DNA of 30,025 bases from Saprospiraceae bacterium (GTDB taxonomy: Bacteria; Bacteroidota; Bacteroidia; Chitinophagales; Saprospiraceae). The translations under genes and the position numbers were made by a program. The notes beneath the pieces are model-generated. The model was not told the origin of the DNA and ran no database searches. It saw nothing but the letters and a program-made list of their open reading frames with translations. The DNA lies in the NCBI GenBank assembly GCA_041748995.1, contig JBGTCB010000415.1, forward strand, positions 1 through 30,025. Reading direction: 5' to 3'. Each line of letters opens with the position of its first letter. Within the stretch, counting starts at the first letter, position 1. This document shows, piece after piece, positions 8,509 to 17,928 of this stretch.

Positions 8509-9162
8509 ATGTTTCGAATTCATCACGAAGGCCGCAAGTCTATAATTATTGCCTGTATTTTAATTATTTTATCAGGAGTTCTACTGATTCAGGTAGCTCC
8601 TCCCTTTGTGAGAATATTGGGAGGGTTGATTTTATTAGCCTTTCTATTTTTAGTGGTTTATTTTTTCCGGATACCAAAACGAGAGTTAACTCTGGATGAT
8701 TCCGGTAATATCATTGCACCGGCCTATGGAAAGATCGTTGTCATTGAAGAGGTAGAGGAACCAGAATACCTGCAGGCGAAATGTAAACAGATTTCTATTT
8801 TTATGTCACCTCTCAATGTACATATCAACTGGTTTCCCTGTTCAGGAAAAATCGTGTATAAACAACATCATGCCGGTAAGTACATGGTGGCCTGGCACCC
8901 CAAATCATCGTTGGAAAATGAAAGAACGACCACGGTCATTGAAAAAAACGATACCAGCATCCTGGTGCGACAAATTGCCGGTGCTGTCGCCAGGCGAATT
9001 ATCAATTATGCAAGCCCCGGCAACCAGGTAAAATTAGGAGAGCAGCTTGGTTTTATCAAATTCGGCTCAAGGGTCGACGTTCTCCTTCCCCTAACCGCAA
9101 CTATTCTGGTCAGTCTGGATCAGAAAGTGGTTGGTGGCCAGACGGTGCTGGCCAAATTATAA
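8509..9162 (+). CDS. psd: Phosphatidylserine decarboxylase proenzyme (short type)
   Basis: YFFRIP.R, ISIFMSPLNVH, NER, QIAGAVARRI and the GFIKFGSRVD self-cleavage motif. Start placed at MFRIHHEG (8509) rather than 8458. Confidence 0.93.
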   Translation: MFRIHHEGRKSIIIACILIILSGVLLIQVAPPFVRILGGLILLAFLFLVVYFFRIPKRELTLDDSGNIIAPAYGKIVVIEEVEEPEYLQAKCKQISIFMSPLNVHINWFPCSGKIVYKQHHAGKYMVAWHPKSSLENERTTTVIEKNDTSILVRQIAGAVARRIINYASPGNQVKLGEQLGFIKFGSRVDVLLPLTATILVSLDQKVVGGQTVLAKL

Positions 9163-9230
9163 GTAGTAATTACTTTGATATCTAAATCTCCATAATTGGG
9201 ACTGCAGACCGATTTACCCACATCGAATCT

Positions 9231-10751
9231 TTACTTTTCTTTCCGCATTTGAGGGAAAAAGATGACCTCCTGAATCGATGACTGATTGGTCAACAACATC
9301 GTCAACCGGTCTATACCTATCCCCAATCCACTCATCGGGGGCATCCCATACTCCATAGCCCGGAGAAAGTCCTGGTCCAAAGCCATGGCCTCCTCATCAC
9401 CTCTTTCAGCCAATTCGAGTTGCTCTTCCAGGCGCTTTCTTTGATCCAGTGGGTCGTTCAGCTCCGTGTACGCATTGGCAATTTCACTGCAATTGATAAA
9501 CAATTCAAAGCGCTCCACCATTCCTTCTTTACTACGGTGCCGTTTGGCTAAAGGTGTCATTTCTATCGGATAATCGATGATGTAGGTTGGTTGAACCAGG
9601 TGCTCTTCCACTTTTTCTCCAAAGATCTCGTCTATCAGTTTACCTTTTCCCATAGAAGGATCGATCTCGACATGGAGCTCTTTACAGACTCTGCGCAAGG
9701 CTTCTTCATCCATGCCTTCAATATCAATACCGGTGTATTCCTTAATAGCATCGATCATACTTAAACGCCGGAATGGCGGTGTAAAATCAATTTTCTGATC
9801 ACCAACAGTAGCGATGGGCGATTCCAGCACAGCCATAGCAATCTGGTATAGCAACTGTTCGACCATCTCCATCATCCAATGATAATCTTTGTAAGCTACA
9901 TAGATTTCCATGGAAGTAAATTCCGGGTTATGACTTCGATCCATTCCCTCATTGCGAAACATTTTACCGATTTCATAAACTCCATCGTAACCTCCTACGA
10001 TCAGTCGCTTGAGGTATAATTCATTGGCAATCCGCATAAAAAGCTCCATGTCAAGTGTATGGTGATGCGTACTGAATGGCCGGGCTGCCGCCCCTCCATG
10101 AACTGGTTGCAGAATCGGGGTCTCTACCTCAAGCCATCCTTTGTCATCAAAAAACTTGCGCATCTCCCGGATGACTTTCGCCCGGGTGATAAATATTTTC
10201 TTGTACTGTGGATTAACCGTCAAATCCACATAACGCTGTCGGTAGCGCAGTTCCGGATCGCTAAAAGCATCGTAGGTGTGGGTCTCGCCAGTTTGTTCGT
10301 CTACTTTGGTCTTTACAACCGGTAAAGGTTTTATGGACTTGCTTAAAAGCACCAACTCGGTCACATGCACGGAAATCTCCCCTACCTGAGTGATAAACAC
10401 ATAACCCTTCACACCGATATAATCGCCTATATCCAGGAGTTTCTTGAAGACGCTGTTATAAAGATCTTTGTTTTCATCAGGACAAATGTCATCACGGGAT
10501 ATATACAATTGAATGCGTCCTGAACTGTCCTGCAATTCTGCAAAGGAGGCTTTGCCCATGATTCGCTTCATCATCAATCGACCAGCCAGGCTAACCTGCT
10601 GGTAAGAGGTGTCACCTTCTTTAAAATGGACTTTGATGCCGTTAGCAAAATGGCTGACCGGAAAATCAATAGGAGGATAGGGATCAATGCCCAAATCACG
10701 TATCTTTTGCAGATTATCTCTGCGCACAAGTTCCTGTTCACTAAGGTGCAT
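9231..10751 (-). CDS. lysS: Lysine--tRNA ligase (class II)
   Basis: OB-fold (AGRLM..RIMGKASF), YRQRYVDL, EVETPILQ, LFMRIANELYLKRL, FRNEGMDRSHNPEFT, YGMPPMSGLGIGIDRL. Confidence 0.98.
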   Translation of the reverse strand: MHLSEQELVRRDNLQKIRDLGIDPYPPIDFPVSHFANGIKVHFKEGDTSYQQVSLAGRLMMKRIMGKASFAELQDSSGRIQLYISRDDICPDENKDLYNSVFKKLLDIGDYIGVKGYVFITQVGEISVHVTELVLLSKSIKPLPVVKTKVDEQTGETHTYDAFSDPELRYRQRYVDLTVNPQYKKIFITRAKVIREMRKFFDDKGWLEVETPILQPVHGGAAARPFSTHHHTLDMELFMRIANELYLKRLIVGGYDGVYEIGKMFRNEGMDRSHNPEFTSMEIYVAYKDYHWMMEMVEQLLYQIAMAVLESPIATVGDQKIDFTPPFRRLSMIDAIKEYTGIDIEGMDEEALRRVCKELHVEIDPSMGKGKLIDEIFGEKVEEHLVQPTYIIDYPIEMTPLAKRHRSKEGMVERFELFINCSEIANAYTELNDPLDQRKRLEEQLELAERGDEEAMALDQDFLRAMEYGMPPMSGLGIGIDRLTMLLTNQSSIQEVIFFPQMRKEK

Positions 10752-10788
10752 ATAGCAGTTTTGCTTTTTTAATGAAGTTTAAAAGCTG

Positions 10789-10796
10789 CAAAAATA
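10789..10796 (-). promoter_or_regulatory. -7 promoter element for lysS
   Basis: Minus-strand TATTTTTG (TAnnTTTG) about 38 nt upstream of the start. Confidence 0.6.
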
Positions 10797-11095
10797 GCGG
10801 TTTAGATTGGAAGGCGGGATCCTAATATAAAAGTGACGCTAAAGGATCCCAGTTAAAAACCACTTTGATCACCTGACTTTCGACTCGAATCTTACTTAAA
10901 AATTCCGTAAGGTTGTTAAAAATATTCGGGCAAAATGTGCAGAGATCTGTTCACTGGTTTCAAAAATTGATACGTCCGCTATATGACGCATCTGATTTCA
11001 CTGATTCAGGAAAGTTTTGCATGTAAATTGTTAGTAAATTTTTTCTGCAGATATATAGATTTTAAAAATAATATCCGAAATTAGACAACATTGCT

Positions 11096-14000
11096 ATGAC
11101 CAGAACCTTACATACCCTCCGTCCGGTTATCTTGTCCCGGATGATAGGTGTTCTCGTGATGTTCAACCTCCAGATGATTACTGCTCAAAATGATCTCTTT
11201 ATTTCTGAATATGTGGAAAGCAACTCTACCAAATGTATCGAAATTTTTAACCCAACTAATGAACCTATAACACTTACAAACACTTATCGAATTACCATGG
11301 GATTTAATGGTGATGCTCCAAGTACAAAAAGTAACCTCATGGGCACTATAGGACCAAAAAGCACACACGTAGTATGTACAAGCACATCCTCCTATAATGG
11401 ACAGCAGAGTATGGGTGCTACAGGTCACAATGGAAATGACGCCGTTATACTTGAAAGAAACATGGTCCCCATCGATATCATAGGTAATATCGGATGCGAT
11501 CCAGGCACCGAATGGACAAGTGGGGGTCTAAGCACACATAATGTCACGTTAGTAAGAACAGGATGTATTACACAAGGTGTATCCAGTGATCCTTCGGATA
11601 TCGGGTGTCCTTTTCCTACGCTAGGTTCGGAATGGGTTGCTTTTTCTTCTACCGATCTTACTCATCTGGGTACCCATGGATATCTTTACGGCGGTCTAAG
11701 CACTGAATCCACGGCTCCATCGGATTGTGGCAGTAGTGATGGCACGCTAACCATTTTGGCTGATGGAAACGGACTGGAGTATTCGATCAATGAAAGTCCA
11801 TTCACTACAACTCCAACTTTCACAGGTCTTTCTTCCGGCACTTACAATGTGGTATGCCGGGTAAAAGATGATCCCTCCTGCTTGCTGAGCACCACTGCTA
11901 TGGTTACTGATCGGGTCCCTCCCGTTATAAACGAAATTGACCCGTCCGATCCTACCGATTGTGGCGTAAATAACGGAAAAATCGACATTGCTGCCACTGG
12001 TGTCAGTCTCGAGTACAGTATTAACAATGGGGTATTCTTTCAAACCAGTTCTTCTTTTTCGGATTTGGCAGCCGGTGCATACAACATTGTAGTCAGGCTC
12101 AGTGGAACTGCTGACTGCCTGACGACTGGTGCCACTACCTTGGTCGCACCCTCCGAACCCGTAATCACTTCCATCATCCCAACACCTGCTACGGATTGTA
12201 ATCTTGCAGATGGACAAATCACTATAAACACCAGCCCGGCAACTCTCCAATATTCGATCGATAATGGTATCAACTGGAGTAATAACAGGCTCTTCACCGG
12301 GCTATCACCCGGAGACTATGAAGTTGCTGTGCGCAGAACCGGATCACCTTCCTGCCGGGATTATGGCAACGTTACAATCACTGCTCCCCAGCCTCCGGCT
12401 TTGAGCTTGATAGAAACCAAAGATGCTGACTGCAAAGGAACATCTACAGGAAGTATCCTGGTGAGTGCCTCCGGCGGTTCCGGTAACTACCATTTTAATT
12501 GGTCCGATCCGGTCAGTATTGGAAATGAAAACAATCCTTCCAACCTGCCGGCAGGCATTTACTCGGTGACCGTCACCGATACTGACAGTCCCGGATGTCA
12601 GACCATCCTTACGAATATAAAAATCGGAGAACCGCAGATGGATCCTCCGCCGGTTGTCTTAGACATCTTACCAGCTCTTTGCCAGCTGGATGCTCCTTTT
12701 CCCTTACCTGCCAATTCAAATGGAATCACCGGAAGTTGGTCAGGAAACGGAGTGTTAGGCGGAAATCTTTTCAATCCCATGGGTCTTGAAGATCTGATCA
12801 CCCTGACTTTCCTACCCACTGCAGGCCAATGCGCAGGATCTAATACCACTCAAATTGAAGTCATTGCACCAAAGAGTCCTGTGCTTGATTTATTTACTGC
12901 AGTTTGTTCTCTTGATCCGGAAATTGATCTTGATCCTACACAGAATGGAATAGTTGGCAATTGGTCAGGACCAGGAGTTTCTAATAATCGGTTAGACCCC
13001 CAGGGTGAGTCGGGAGAAATCGTGTTAACCTTTACACCATCGACTGGTCAATGTGCAGCGATTAATCAAACGTCCATTGAAATCACACCACCGCATAGTC
13101 CCCAGTTACAATTTATAGCCGATCGTTGTGAAGATGCATCTACGGTTATACTTCGGGAGAATCAGGAAGGAGTCACCGGAACATGGTCCGGACCGGGAGT
13201 CCGCAATAACCGCTTTGCACCTGACGGCCTGAGTGGTTCCGTCAGCTTACTTTTCAATGTCGATGCAGGCCAATGCGCTGTTGATGCTGTCAGGATGGTC
13301 GAAGTCTTTGCATTGACTGTAACTCAACTGACACCATTTACTGATGTGTGTGAAGAGAGTGCCCCAATTGCGTTGCCTGCTATTCAGGGTAGTATGATGG
13401 GTAACTGGAAAGGACCGGGTGTCACTGACAACCATTTCGATCCCTCCGGGTTGACTGGCAGTGTGCAACTCATTTTCACACCCCTGCCTGACCAATGTGG
13501 TATAGAGGCTACGCAGACCATGAGCCTCAGTTCAGCCCCACTGATTGATTTCCAACCGATAGGACCCCGGTGCCAGGGTGAATCCAATGGCAAGATCATA
13601 GCCTCTATTTCGGGAGGCCAGGGCCCATTTCAATATGACTGGGACTTTGATGGCTCAGGTGATTTCGATGATGGAAAAGATCTGGAGAATATTTCAGCTG
13701 GCAAATATACACTGGTTGTGAAAGACCAAAAATCCTGCATCTCCTCTGCAACAATCGATCTGGATGATGCACGGTCGCTGGAAATAAGATTGACGAGCCA
13801 TCCGGAAAGCTCCCTCAATGCTCAGGATGGTTCGATTGAAGTTTTCCCGAAAGGAGGTAAGGCACCGTACCATTTTCAGTGGAGTAACGGAGCTATGACT
13901 TCAAGGATCGATCACCTCCGTCCTGGCACCTACAGCGTGACAGTGACCGATCAACAAGGTTGCAGTACCTGGGATCAGGCAATCGTCAATGCCGGAGAGT

Positions 14001-17000
14001 GCATATTTACTGCCGGTCTGCAAAAAACAGATATCAGTTGCTATGGATTGGATGATGGAATCCTGGAAGTTGTCTCAGAAAATGCCATTCTGCCTTTGAC
14101 CTTTAGCTGGTCTCACGATGCCAGCTTAAACCAATTTGAAGCTCATGACCTAGCCACTGGAATGTACCAGGTCACCGTGGTGGATGCTGCCGGATGTTTG
14201 GCGGTTGCCCAGGCAGAAATTGAACAGCCAGACACCCTTATCACACTTTTAAGCATCCAATCCGAATCCGCACCCGGTGCCAATGATGCGGAAATTTTAT
14301 CTGTTACCACCGGTGGTACCGGATCCTACAACTACTTGTGGAGTAATGGATCGACTGATGAATATTTGGATAATCTTTCTCCCGGCTTATATTCAGTGAC
14401 CATTACGGATGATAACGAATGTGAAAATACCTCCCAGGTCATGGTGAATGGTCCTCTATGTGATTTCGATCTCTTGCTTCATCCAAACCATGGAACTTGT
14501 GCCGGGTCACCAGATGGAAGCATCGAAAGTACCTTGATAAATGGTCAAGCACCTTACTCGTACAATTGGAGTCATGATATGAGCTTACAAAGTTCCATAG
14601 CTATTGCACTTGCTGCGGGTTTGTACTCGTTGACAATTACTGATGCCAATGGTTGTACCGCCACCAGATCAACCAGCATTGAATCACCCCTTCCACTAGA
14701 TATCGACAACGAAATTCAACACCTGTCCTCCCAGAATTCGGGTGACGGAGTCATCACCGTGCAGGTGTCCGGAGGTACTGTTCCTTATCGATATGAGTGG
14801 TCTACCGGTCATCAAAGTGCTCATATTGAAGGATTGGCTGCCGGAATCTACTTTCTTACGATTAGTGACGCTAATGGCTGCCAAAATATCGACTCTTTCG
14901 TAGTAGACGAGATCGTTTGCATCCTGGAGGCAGTCATTGAGACGGATCCAATTTCCTGTGCAGGAAGGGATGATGGCAAGGCCCGGATTAATATTATCGA
15001 CGGACAGGATCCATACAAAGTGGTGTGGGATCACGACACCAGCCTTCATTTATTATCTGCCAAAAATTTATCCTCCGGATCATACCAGGTCTTCATTGAA
15101 GATGCCCTGGGTTGTAAGACGCAGAAAATCTTTACAATTGGTGAATCAGACTCCCTGCGAATCACATTTCAGGCAAGTAACGAAACTGTACCGGGTGCCA
15201 GAGACGGTTATATTGCTGCTACCGCTCTGGGAGGTACTCTGCCCTATCGATATGAATGGTCTACAGGTCATGAAAGTCCTCAGATTGAAGGATTAGGTGC
15301 TGGCGTCTACTTTCTTACAATCAATGACGGTAATGGCTGCCAAAATATCGACTCTTTCGTTTTAAAAAAGACCGTTTGCATCCTGGAGGCGTTCATTGAA
15401 ACGGATTCAATTACCTGTTCAAGGAGGGATGATGGTAGGGTCCGGATTGATATTATCAACGGACAACCTCCATTCAAAGTGCTATGGGAGCACGACACCA
15501 GCCTTCATTTATTATCTGCCGAAAATTTATCCTCCGGATTATACCAGGTCACGATTGAAGATAACTTTGGTTGCAAGACGGAGATAGACTTTGCAATTGA
15601 CGAACCGGAGCCACTGCGAATCGAATTTCAGGCACTCAACGAAACTGTACCCGGTGCCAAAGACGGATATATTGATGCTAATGCTCTGGGAGGTACTCTG
15701 CCCTATCGATATGAATGGTCTACTGGTCATGAAAGACATGATATTGAAGGATTAGGTGCCGGAGCCTACTTTCTTACGATCAGTGATGCTAATGGTTGTC
15801 AAAATATCGACTCTCTAGTTTTAGAAGAGACCGTTTGCAATCTGGAGGCAGTCATTGAGACAGATTCTATTTCCTGTGCAGGACGGGAGGATGGTAGTGC
15901 CCGGATTAATATAATTAACGGACAACCTCCATTCAAAGTGCTATGGGAGCACGACACCAGCCTTCATTTATTATCTGCCGAAAATTTATCCTCCGGACAA
16001 TACCAGGTATCCATTGAAGATGCCTTGGGTTGTAAGACAGAGATAATCTTCACGATTGCTGAACCGGAGTCCCTGCGAATCGCATTTCAGGCACGTAATG
16101 AAACTGTGTTGGGTGCTAAAGACGGATATATTGCTGTTACGGCTCTGGGAGGTACTCCTCCTTATTATTTCAGTTGGAATACGGGTCAGAGAGCCGACAG
16201 CATCGGTGATCTTAAACCCGGCACCTATATCATTACACTGGAAGACTCCCATGGTTGCCAGGATGTCAGGTCGACCATCATCAATCCGGGCAATTGTGGT
16301 TTACAAAGCAATGTCGGAACAAGACCGGTTGTTTGTTATGGTGAAGCCAATGGAATAGCCCGTTTGGATATCACCACTCCGGCATATCCCATAATAACTA
16401 AATGGTCACATGACACAACCCTGCAGAGCAATGTTGCCGATATGCTGCCGGCGGGACATTACAGTGTCACGATAACGGACGAGACATTATGTAGCCACAT
16501 CTGGCCATTTACGGTCACGCAACCGGATTCCCTGAGTATTGATTATGATATAAGTCACCAATCGGTTCCCGGATCAGCCGACGCAGCCATTCAGCTTACC
16601 GTTTTTGGTGGTACTCCTGATTATCAGATTCAGTGGAGCAATGGTCTTGAAGGAGACTTCATTCAGAATCTCATGCCTGGCACTTATTATTTGACCGTTG
16701 AGGATAAAAACGGTTGTATTCTTGACGATTCGATTGTTGTCTTCTCTGCCGAAGTTTGTCAACTGACAATCGAAGCCAATGTCAAACATTCCGGATGTAA
16801 TCAGGACAATGGAAGTATTGACATTCAGACCTTCAATGACCGGGGCAGGTTACGTCATGACTGGTCGATACCTGGACAGGGATCGATCAGCTCAGTGGAA
16901 AATTTAGCTCCTGGCACCTATTGGGTGGAAGTCAGTGATGATTACTGTAAAGTGCGGGACACTTTCAGTGTACAAGTGAACGAGATTCGCTCGGTATCAT

Positions 17001-17746
17001 ATAACTTAAAACAATCACTTTGTGACAAAGGAGAGACAGAGCTGGAAATCGGTTCTGTGACGGGTGGGCAAGGGCCCTATCAGTACTTTCTTGACAGTCA
17101 ATTGTTTGATCAAACAGGGAAGCCAAATTTAGAACCGGGGATACATCTGCTGATGATCCAGGACAATCAGGGATGTGAATACGAGGAAGCATTTTCCGTA
17201 TCACCGGCAGATTTCATCACCGTCATGTCGGATACCGTACTAAAGCGTGGAGAACAATTGAGCTTAAATGCCTCCATTGCCGGCTATAACGACCAGCTGG
17301 TGTACCACTGGAGGTCCCGGCAGGGTGTGCTTTGCGAACAATGCAAAGAGGTTGAGATCAATCCCGTCGAATCAGGTATTTATCTCTTTGAGGTGATCGA
17401 TGCAGATGGCTGCAATTTTAGTGCTCAGGTAAGGGTGACGGTGAGTGAACAGGATCTGATCTATATACCCAATGCCTTTACACCTAACGATGATGGAAAT
17501 AACGACGGATTTCAGATATATGATGGACTCCAGCTTGTAGAGGAAATTCTGTTGCTGGAGATCTTCGATCGGCGAGGTGTCAAAGTGTTTTCAGCAAACA
17601 ATTTTAAGAGCAATGAAGAGGTTAAAGACTTCTCGGGAATAATGTCAGAGGCGATCGCACCGCAGATCTATATGTATATCATGAAGGTCCGATTTAGGCA
17701 GGGTTATGATCAGGTGATCAAAGGAGATTTTGTTATATTGCGTTAA
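11096..17746 (+). CDS. Large T9SS-secreted adhesin-like protein: lamin-tail domain, Ig-like/SprB repeats, type B CTD
   Basis: Signal peptide; DLFISEYVE..KCIEIFNPT..NGNDAVIL (lamin-tail domain); many GGxxPYxYxWSxG..LxxGxYxVTxTDxxGC repeats; IYIPNAFTPNDDGNND..IFDRRG..KGDFVILR (gliding-motility-associated CTD). Confidence 0.92.
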   Translation: MTRTLHTLRPVILSRMIGVLVMFNLQMITAQNDLFISEYVESNSTKCIEIFNPTNEPITLTNTYRITMGFNGDAPSTKSNLMGTIGPKSTHVVCTSTSSYNGQQSMGATGHNGNDAVILERNMVPIDIIGNIGCDPGTEWTSGGLSTHNVTLVRTGCITQGVSSDPSDIGCPFPTLGSEWVAFSSTDLTHLGTHGYLYGGLSTESTAPSDCGSSDGTLTILADGNGLEYSINESPFTTTPTFTGLSSGTYNVVCRVKDDPSCLLSTTAMVTDRVPPVINEIDPSDPTDCGVNNGKIDIAATGVSLEYSINNGVFFQTSSSFSDLAAGAYNIVVRLSGTADCLTTGATTLVAPSEPVITSIIPTPATDCNLADGQITINTSPATLQYSIDNGINWSNNRLFTGLSPGDYEVAVRRTGSPSCRDYGNVTITAPQPPALSLIETKDADCKGTSTGSILVSASGGSGNYHFNWSDPVSIGNENNPSNLPAGIYSVTVTDTDSPGCQTILTNIKIGEPQMDPPPVVLDILPALCQLDAPFPLPANSNGITGSWSGNGVLGGNLFNPMGLEDLITLTFLPTAGQCAGSNTTQIEVIAPKSPVLDLFTAVCSLDPEIDLDPTQNGIVGNWSGPGVSNNRLDPQGESGEIVLTFTPSTGQCAAINQTSIEITPPHSPQLQFIADRCEDASTVILRENQEGVTGTWSGPGVRNNRFAPDGLSGSVSLLFNVDAGQCAVDAVRMVEVFALTVTQLTPFTDVCEESAPIALPAIQGSMMGNWKGPGVTDNHFDPSGLTGSVQLIFTPLPDQCGIEATQTMSLSSAPLIDFQPIGPRCQGESNGKIIASISGGQGPFQYDWDFDGSGDFDDGKDLENISAGKYTLVVKDQKSCISSATIDLDDARSLEIRLTSHPESSLNAQDGSIEVFPKGGKAPYHFQWSNGAMTSRIDHLRPGTYSVTVTDQQGCSTWDQAIVNAGECIFTAGLQKTDISCYGLDDGILEVVSENAILPLTFSWSHDASLNQFEAHDLATGMYQVTVVDAAGCLAVAQAEIEQPDTLITLLSIQSESAPGANDAEILSVTTGGTGSYNYLWSNGSTDEYLDNLSPGLYSVTITDDNECENTSQVMVNGPLCDFDLLLHPNHGTCAGSPDGSIESTLINGQAPYSYNWSHDMSLQSSIAIALAAGLYSLTITDANGCTATRSTSIESPLPLDIDNEIQHLSSQNSGDGVITVQVSGGTVPYRYEWSTGHQSAHIEGLAAGIYFLTISDANGCQNIDSFVVDEIVCILEAVIETDPISCAGRDDGKARINIIDGQDPYKVVWDHDTSLHLLSAKNLSSGSYQVFIEDALGCKTQKIFTIGESDSLRITFQASNETVPGARDGYIAATALGGTLPYRYEWSTGHESPQIEGLGAGVYFLTINDGNGCQNIDSFVLKKTVCILEAFIETDSITCSRRDDGRVRIDIINGQPPFKVLWEHDTSLHLLSAENLSSGLYQVTIEDNFGCKTEIDFAIDEPEPLRIEFQALNETVPGAKDGYIDANALGGTLPYRYEWSTGHERHDIEGLGAGAYFLTISDANGCQNIDSLVLEETVCNLEAVIETDSISCAGREDGSARINIINGQPPFKVLWEHDTSLHLLSAENLSSGQYQVSIEDALGCKTEIIFTIAEPESLRIAFQARNETVLGAKDGYIAVTALGGTPPYYFSWNTGQRADSIGDLKPGTYIITLEDSHGCQDVRSTIINPGNCGLQSNVGTRPVVCYGEANGIARLDITTPAYPIITKWSHDTTLQSNVADMLPAGHYSVTITDETLCSHIWPFTVTQPDSLSIDYDISHQSVPGSADAAIQLTVFGGTPDYQIQWSNGLEGDFIQNLMPGTYYLTVEDKNGCILDDSIVVFSAEVCQLTIEANVKHSGCNQDNGSIDIQTFNDRGRLRHDWSIPGQGSISSVENLAPGTYWVEVSDDYCKVRDTFSVQVNEIRSVSYNLKQSLCDKGETELEIGSVTGGQGPYQYFLDSQLFDQTGKPNLEPGIHLLMIQDNQGCEYEEAFSVSPADFITVMSDTVLKRGEQLSLNASIAGYNDQLVYHWRSRQGVLCEQCKEVEINPVESGIYLFEVIDADGCNFSAQVRVTVSEQDLIYIPNAFTPNDDGNNDGFQIYDGLQLVEEILLLEIFDRRGVKVFSANNFKSNEEVKDFSGIMSEAIAPQIYMYIMKVRFRQGYDQVIKGDFVILR
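12660..13530 (+). repeat. Four ~74-aa repeats (C..G.W.G.GV..N.F.P.G....L.F....QC) in the adhesin
   Basis: Conserved Trp codons at 12737, 12962, 13184 and 13406 (periods 225, 222, 222). Boundaries approximate. Confidence 0.85.
14771..16147 (+). repeat. Three tandem 459-bp (153-aa) repeats in the adhesin
   Basis: ggaggtact recurs at 14771, 15230, 15689 and 16148; long shared blocks such as cacgacaccagccttcatttattatctgcc. Confidence 0.95.
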
Positions 17747-17878
17747 GTCATTGTTAATTACTTTTCTTCCTGTCTTCACATTAGCTGTCGCGAAGAAGCA
17801 TGTCACTTCGTAATAATTATCTTTTAAATTGAAAATAAAATCACCCATCCGGGTGAGGCCAGGATTTGCAGGTCGACT

Positions 17879-17886
17879 TATTTTTG
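17879..17886 (+). promoter_or_regulatory. -7 promoter element for the 17929 gene
   Basis: TATTTTTG 42 nt upstream of the ATG. Confidence 0.6.
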
Positions 17887-17928
17887 CGGTATCATAATTC
17901 ATAAATTAAATAGCAACCACAAAAAATC

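Noticed and set aside
10816..10850. Inverted repeat gggatcct/aggatccc upstream of lysS
   Set aside because: Mostly two self-palindromic GGATCC hexamers; no T-box or lysine riboswitch features seen.
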